A stretch of 20,483 nucleotides of DNA from a virus. Below, piece after piece: positions 16,160 through 20,483 of this stretch (its first letter is position 1; each line of letters starts with the position of its first letter). Made by a program: the position numbers and the translations under genes. Location of the stretch: UHGV virus genome UHGV-0048975; one strand, 5' to 3'. The notes below the pieces were generated by a model, which saw only the letters and a list, made by a program, of their open reading frames with translations, did not search any database and was not told where the DNA came from.

Positions 16160-17054
16160 CCTTTCGCAGTTGCCTGCGCCGCAGATTGTGGATGTGCCGG
16201 ACTTTGAGACGCTGCTTGCCGAACGCAAGGCAGAATTTGTGGCGCTTCATCCGAAAGATGAGCAGGAAGCAGTGATCCGCACGCTGGAACTGGAATCTGA
16301 ACCCGTCACCAAATTGTTGCAGGAGAACGCTTACCGTGAGTTGCTTCTGCGCCAGCGCATTAACGAAGCCGCGCAGGCGGTGATGGTGGCTTATGCGATG
16401 GGCGGCGATCTTGACCAGCTCGCTGCCAACTACAACGTGAAACGCCTGACGGTGACGCCTGCTGATGATGACGCTGTGCCGCCCGTTGCAGCTGTGATGG
16501 AAAGCGATGAAGCGTTACGCCTGCGTGTGCCTGCAGCCTTTGAAGGGCTTTCAGTTGCGGGGCCAACTGCAGCTTATGAATTTCATGCCCGAAGCGCCGA
16601 CGGTCGGGTGGCGGATGCCAGTGCAACCAGTCCGGCACCTGCAGAGGTGGTGCTGACTGTCCTTAGCCGCGAAGGCGATGGAACAGCAGAAAAAGACTTG
16701 CTGGATGTGGTGGAGAAAGCCCTGAACAGTGAGAACGTCCGCCCGGTGGCTGACCGTCTGACGGTTCGCAGCGCAGAAATCATCCCGTACCGCGTGGAAG
16801 CCACCATTTTTCTCTATCCGGGACCGGAAGCAGAGCCGGTAATGGCAGCGGCAAAAGCCAGTCTGCAGAAGTACATCGCCAGTCAGACGCGTCTTGGCCG
16901 GGATATTCGCCGTAGCGCCATCTTTGCCGCCCTGCATGTTGAGGGTGTGCAGCGTGTGGAGCTGGCTTCGCCGCTGGCGGATGTGGTCCTGAACAAAACA
17001 CAGGCGGCATCATGTACGCAGTGGAGCGTAACCAACGGAGGAACGGATGAATAG
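16146..17054 (+). CDS. Baseplate assembly protein J (P2 gpJ-like)
   Basis: ATG at 16146 after AGGAG, overlapping the W 3' end; about 300 aa, in the conserved V-W-J-I order. Confidence 0.85.
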   Translation: MAVIDLSQLPAPQIVDVPDFETLLAERKAEFVALHPKDEQEAVIRTLELESEPVTKLLQENAYRELLLRQRINEAAQAVMVAYAMGGDLDQLAANYNVKRLTVTPADDDAVPPVAAVMESDEALRLRVPAAFEGLSVAGPTAAYEFHARSADGRVADASATSPAPAEVVLTVLSREGDGTAEKDLLDVVEKALNSENVRPVADRLTVRSAEIIPYRVEATIFLYPGPEAEPVMAAAKASLQKYIASQTRLGRDIRRSAIFAALHVEGVQRVELASPLADVVLNKTQAASCTQWSVTNGGTDE

Positions 17055-17652
17055 TCTGCTGCCACCGGGTTCAACTTCACTGGAGCGCCGACTGGCGCAA
17101 ACCTGCAGCGGGATTTCTGATTTGCAGGTGCCGCTGCGTGACTTGTGGAATCCAACGACCTGTCCGGTCAGTTTCCTGCCTTATCTCGCCTGGGCGTTCT
17201 CTGTGGATCGCTGGGACGAGGACTGGACGGAAAGTGTCAAACGCCAGGTGGTGAAGGATGCTTTTTATATTCATCAGCATAAAGGAACCACCAGTGCCGT
17301 GCGGCGGGTGGTGGAGCCGTTCGGCTTTCTGATCCGCATTATTGAGTGGTGGCAGACCGGAGAAACACCAGGCACGTTTCGCCTGGATATCGGCGTGCAG
17401 GATCAGGGCATCACTGAAGATACCTATCTGGAACTTGAGCGACTGATAAGCGATGCCAAACCATGTAGCCGTCACATGATCGGCATGTCCATCAATCTGC
17501 AGACCAGCGGCCCGCATTGGGTGGGAGCCGCCAGTTATCTTGGCGAAGAAATCACGATCTATCCGTATATCAACGAAACAATTATTTCCGGCGGCACCGC
17601 GCATGAAGGCGGGGCGGTCCATGTTATTGACACAATGAGAGTGAATCCATGA
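17047..17652 (+). CDS. Tail protein I (P2 gpI-like)
   Basis: Start overlaps the J stop; conserved position between J and the tail-fibre gene. Confidence 0.85.
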   Translation: MNSLLPPGSTSLERRLAQTCSGISDLQVPLRDLWNPTTCPVSFLPYLAWAFSVDRWDEDWTESVKRQVVKDAFYIHQHKGTTSAVRRVVEPFGFLIRIIEWWQTGETPGTFRLDIGVQDQGITEDTYLELERLISDAKPCSRHMIGMSINLQTSGPHWVGAASYLGEEITIYPYINETIISGGTAHEGGAVHVIDTMRVNP

Positions 17653-19163
17653 GCACAAAATTTTATACCCTGCTGACGGATATTGGCGCGGCGAAACTTG
17701 CCAGCGCCGCCGCGCTCGGTGTGCCTTTAAAAATTACCCATATGGCGGTCGGCGATGGCGGCGGAACATTACCAACGCCGGACGCAAAGCAGACAGCACT
17801 GGTAAATGAGAAACGCCGGGCTGCGCTGAATATGCTCTATATCGACCCGCAGAACAGCAGCCAGATTATTGCTGAACAGGTGATCCCTGAAAACGAGGGC
17901 GGTTGGTGGATACGTGAAGTGGGCTTGTTTGATGAGTCCGGGGCATTGATTGCCGTGGGTAACTGCCCGGAAAGCTATAAGCCGCAACTGGCTGAAGGCA
18001 GTGGGCGTACCCAGACCGTGCGCATGGTGCTGATTACCAGCAGTACGGGCAATATCATCCTGAAAATCGACCCTGCTGTAGTGCTGGCAACCCGCAAGTA
18101 TGTGGATGACAAGGCACTGGAGCTGAAGGTGTACGTGGATGACCTGATAGCAAAACATCTTGCCGCACTGGACCCGCATTCACAGTATGCACCCAAAGAA
18201 AGTCCGACATTTACCGGAACCCCCAAAGCGCCAACGCCAGCGGCGGGGAATAATACCACTCAGCTTGCGACCACCGCATTTGTTCAGGCGGCACTGACGG
18301 CCCTGATTAATGGTGCGCCAGCCACGCTGGACACGCTGAAAGAAATAGCCGCAGCCATTAACAATGACCCGAAATTCAGTACCACCATTAACAATGCGCT
18401 GGCACTGAAAGCGCCGCTGTCGAATCCGGCACTCACCGGAACGCCAACAGCCCCCACGGCGGCGCAGTCGGTCAACAATACACAGATTGCCACTACGGCT
18501 TTTGTGAAATCGGCGATTGCGGCAATGGTGGGTTCTGCACCTGCGGCACTGGATACACTGAACGAACTGGCGGCGGCACTGGGGAATGATCCGAACTTTG
18601 CCACGACAATGCTTAATGCGCTGGCAGGTAAACAACCGCTGGACAATACGCTGACTAATTTGAGTGGAAAGGATGTAGCTGGTCTTCTCACATACCTTGG
18701 TTTGGGAGAAGGTTCGGCATTACCCGTTGGTGTGCCTGTCCCGTGGCCTTCCGCCACTCCGCCAACAGGCTGGCTAAAATGCAATGGTGCGGCTTTTTCT
18801 GCTGAAGAATACCCGGAACTGGCAAAGGTTTATCCGACAAATAAATTGCCTGATTTACGCGGTGAATTTATTCGTGGCTGGGATGACGGACGTGGAGTGG
18901 ATGCCGGGCGACAATTATTATCTTCACAGGGGGATGCAATAAGAAATATTGAGGGATTCGCAGATGGCGGGATCGGTATGTCTTTTGATGCAATCAGAGG
19001 GGCTTTTTACGATGCAGGAACACGATCAGCGAGAATGCCGAATAACACAACTACTATAGACAAAACCGATGACCTTGGATTCGACGCCTCTCGTGTCGTG
19101 CCAACAGCTAATGAAAACCGTCCACGTAACATCGCCTTTAATTATATTGTGAGGGCTGCATAA
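17649..19163 (+). CDS. Tail fibre protein (P2 gpH-like) with C-terminal receptor-binding module
   Basis: 504 aa; conserved N-terminus MSTKFYTLLTDIGAAKLA...; repeated ...TPxAPT...TQLATTAFV motifs; the C-terminal module (from about 18783) is repeated downstream. Confidence 0.9.
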   Translation: MSTKFYTLLTDIGAAKLASAAALGVPLKITHMAVGDGGGTLPTPDAKQTALVNEKRRAALNMLYIDPQNSSQIIAEQVIPENEGGWWIREVGLFDESGALIAVGNCPESYKPQLAEGSGRTQTVRMVLITSSTGNIILKIDPAVVLATRKYVDDKALELKVYVDDLIAKHLAALDPHSQYAPKESPTFTGTPKAPTPAAGNNTTQLATTAFVQAALTALINGAPATLDTLKEIAAAINNDPKFSTTINNALALKAPLSNPALTGTPTAPTAAQSVNNTQIATTAFVKSAIAAMVGSAPAALDTLNELAAALGNDPNFATTMLNALAGKQPLDNTLTNLSGKDVAGLLTYLGLGEGSALPVGVPVPWPSATPPTGWLKCNGAAFSAEEYPELAKVYPTNKLPDLRGEFIRGWDDGRGVDAGRQLLSSQGDAIRNIEGFADGGIGMSFDAIRGAFYDAGTRSARMPNNTTTIDKTDDLGFDASRVVPTANENRPRNIAFNYIVRAA

Positions 19164-19358
19164 TGAAACCTGTTTTTGATGAAAATGGGCTGGCTACAGT
19201 ACCGGGTAATATGCGTTGTTTTTATTATGAGGCAGTTACGTATGAATATACTGGCTGGTCTGATGAATATATTAATACTGGCGTAAGTATGCCCGCCTGT
19301 TCCACTGGTATTGACCCGGGCGAATACATTCCGGGAAGAGTGGCAGTATTTAACGGGG
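19163..19358 (+). CDS. Tail fibre assembly (chaperone) gene copy 1, 5' part only, interrupted by the N run
   Basis: First 64-65 codons nearly identical to the complete copy at 19840; TAATG overlap with the tail-fibre stop. Confidence 0.5.
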
Positions 19359-19458
19359 NNNNNNNNNNNNNNNNNNNNNNNNNNNNNNNNNNNNNNNNNN
19401 NNNNNNNNNNNNNNNNNNNNNNNNNNNNNNNNNNNNNNNNNNNNNNNNNNNNNNNNNN
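19359..19458. other. Run of 100 N (assembly gap or masked sequence)
   Basis: Read directly; flanked by two near-identical repeat copies. Confidence 1.
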
Positions 19459-19840
19459 CAACGGGGCTGCTTTTTCGGCTGAAGGATACCCGGAACTGGC
19501 AAAGGCTTACCCGACAAATAAATTGCCTGATTTACGCGGTGAATTTATTCGTGGCTGGGATGACGGACGTGGTGTGGATGCCGGGCGACAATTATTATCT
19601 TCACAGGGGGATGCAATAAGAAATATTGAGGGATTCGCAGATGGCGGGATCGGTATGTCTTTTGATGCAATCAGAGGGGCTTTTTACGATGCAGGAACAC
19701 GATCAGCGACAATGGCGAATAACACAACTGCTATAGGCAAAACCGATGACCTTGGATTCGACGCCTCTCGTGTCGTGCCAACAGCTAATGAAAACCGTCC
19801 ACGTAACATCGCCTTTAATTATATTGTGAGGGCTGCATAA
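19459..19840 (+). other. Second copy of the tail-fibre C-terminal module, lacking its own start codon
   Basis: Encodes NGAAFSAEGYPELAKAYP...NYIVRAA in the same frame as the upstream chaperone fragment; any expression would need fusion across the gap. Confidence 0.6.
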
Positions 19841-20433
19841 TGAAACCTGTTTTTGATGAAAATGGGCTGGCTACAGTACCGGGTAATATGCGTTGTTTTT
19901 ATTATGAGGCAGTTACGTATGAATATACTGGCTGGTCTGATGAATATATTAATACTGGCGTAAGTATGCCCGCCTGTTCCACTGGTATTGACCCGGGCGA
20001 ATACATTCCGGGAAGAGTGGCAGTATTTACGGGTAAGGGATGGAGCCATGAAGAAGACCATCGCAATGAGACTGTTTACTCAACAGAAAATGGCGCAGCT
20101 GTTACAGTGGATTATATCGGTGCCATCAAAGACGGTTATGTCACGCTTTCACCGTTAACGCCATACGATAAATGGGATGGTGAGAAATGGGTGACGGATA
20201 CCGAGGCACAGCATAGCGCCGCACTAGACGCGGCAGAAGTAAAGCGCCAGTCGCTGATTGATGCTGCAATGGCTTCCATCAGTCTGATTCAGCTGAAATT
20301 ACGGGCCGGGCGGAAGCTGACGCAGGCAGAAACCACCCGACTTAACGCTGTGCTGGATTACATTGACGCGGTGGAGGCAACAGATACCAGCACCGCGCCT
20401 GATGTCATCTGGCCTGAACTGCCGGAGGCGTAG
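19840..20433 (+). CDS. Tail fibre assembly protein (gpG / Tfa family), complete copy
   Basis: 197 aa; TAATG overlap with the preceding module's stop; N-terminus MKPVFDENGLATVPGNMRCFYYEAVTYEYTGW. Confidence 0.85.
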   Translation: MKPVFDENGLATVPGNMRCFYYEAVTYEYTGWSDEYINTGVSMPACSTGIDPGEYIPGRVAVFTGKGWSHEEDHRNETVYSTENGAAVTVDYIGAIKDGYVTLSPLTPYDKWDGEKWVTDTEAQHSAALDAAEVKRQSLIDAAMASISLIQLKLRAGRKLTQAETTRLNAVLDYIDAVEATDTSTAPDVIWPELPEA

Positions 20434-20451
20434 GCCATTCAATATCTGGCG

Positions 20452-20478
20452 CACTGGAAGTATCGACCAGTTCCAGTG
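20452..20478 (+). terminator. Hairpin (8-bp stem CACTGGAA / TTCCAGTG, 11-nt loop) downstream of the chaperone gene; possible terminator
   Basis: Seen directly; the window ends before any T-run can be assessed. Confidence 0.3.
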
Positions 20479-20483
20479 CGTCC

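Larger units (their letters stand above)
18783..20035 (+). repeat. Tandem direct duplication of the tail-fibre C-terminal module plus chaperone 5' end (copy A 18783-19358, copy B 19460-20035)
   Basis: Copies are near-identical at nucleotide level with a few coding differences (SAEEYPELAKVYP vs SAEGYPELAKAYP; TRSARMPNNTTTIDKTDD vs TRSATMANNTTAIGKTDD). Confidence 0.8.
587..20483. mobile_element. P2/186-like prophage, defective (head and lysis genes deleted); left end in window, right end beyond window
   Basis: Gene order int, CI-like repressor, cox/apl-like, cII-like, dam, gpA-like replication gene, SOS operon, cargo, portal remnant, tail genes R' S V W J I H and tail-fibre assembly, matching P2/186 prophage order. 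Confidence 0.9.

Noticed and set aside
16360-19461. Multiple minus-strand ORFs antisense to tail genes J, I and H (for example 17077-17658, 18180-18635, 18284-18784)
   Set aside because: Shadow ORFs opposite strongly supported structural genes; Arg/Cys-rich or Ala-rich low-complexity translations.
19163-19840. Single 225-aa ORF spanning the N run
   Set aside because: It is a concatenation of a chaperone 5' fragment and a second tail-fibre C-terminal module joined across 100 undetermined bases; whether the frame is continuous is unknown.
1-20483. CRISPR arrays, tRNA/rRNA genes, insertion sequences
   Set aside because: No regularly spaced direct repeats, no cloverleaf-like tRNA candidates near the attachment region, and no transposase-like ORFs or terminal inverted repeats were seen by eye.

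Overview
The window runs from host DNA (a TetR-family regulator gene, probably rcdA/ybjK) into a P2/186-like prophage, and shows the layout below. No searches or computations were run, so all family calls rest on motifs and gene order read by eye and should be confirmed by BLAST/HMM. Left to right: (1) tyrosine integrase, a small secreted Cys-containing protein and a 186-CI-like repressor on the minus strand; (2) a rightward early operon with Cox/Apl-like, 186-CII-like, several small hypotheticals, a TraR/DksA zinc-finger protein, an orphan Dam methyltransferase carrying an in-frame G9 tract, and the gpA-like rolling-circle replication initiator; (3) a LexA-box-controlled pair (small Tum-like protein plus DinI-like protein); (4) an AT-rich cargo island at the position where P2 carries tin/old, holding a tightly coupled three-gene operon of unrecognisable proteins (8878-11628, minus strand) and a two-gene module (11934-13046, plus strand) whose products share a short motif; this is the best candidate for an undescribed system, most plausibly anti-phage defence; (5) a deletion junction joining the 3' half of the portal gene to the 3' part of tail-completion gene R, so terminase, capsid and lysis genes are missing and the prophage is defective; (6) tail genes S, V, W, J, I, H and tail-fibre assembly, with an AT-rich membrane-protein gene inserted between S and V; (7) a tandem duplication of the tail-fibre C-terminal module plus chaperone 5' end, interrupted by a 100-N run.
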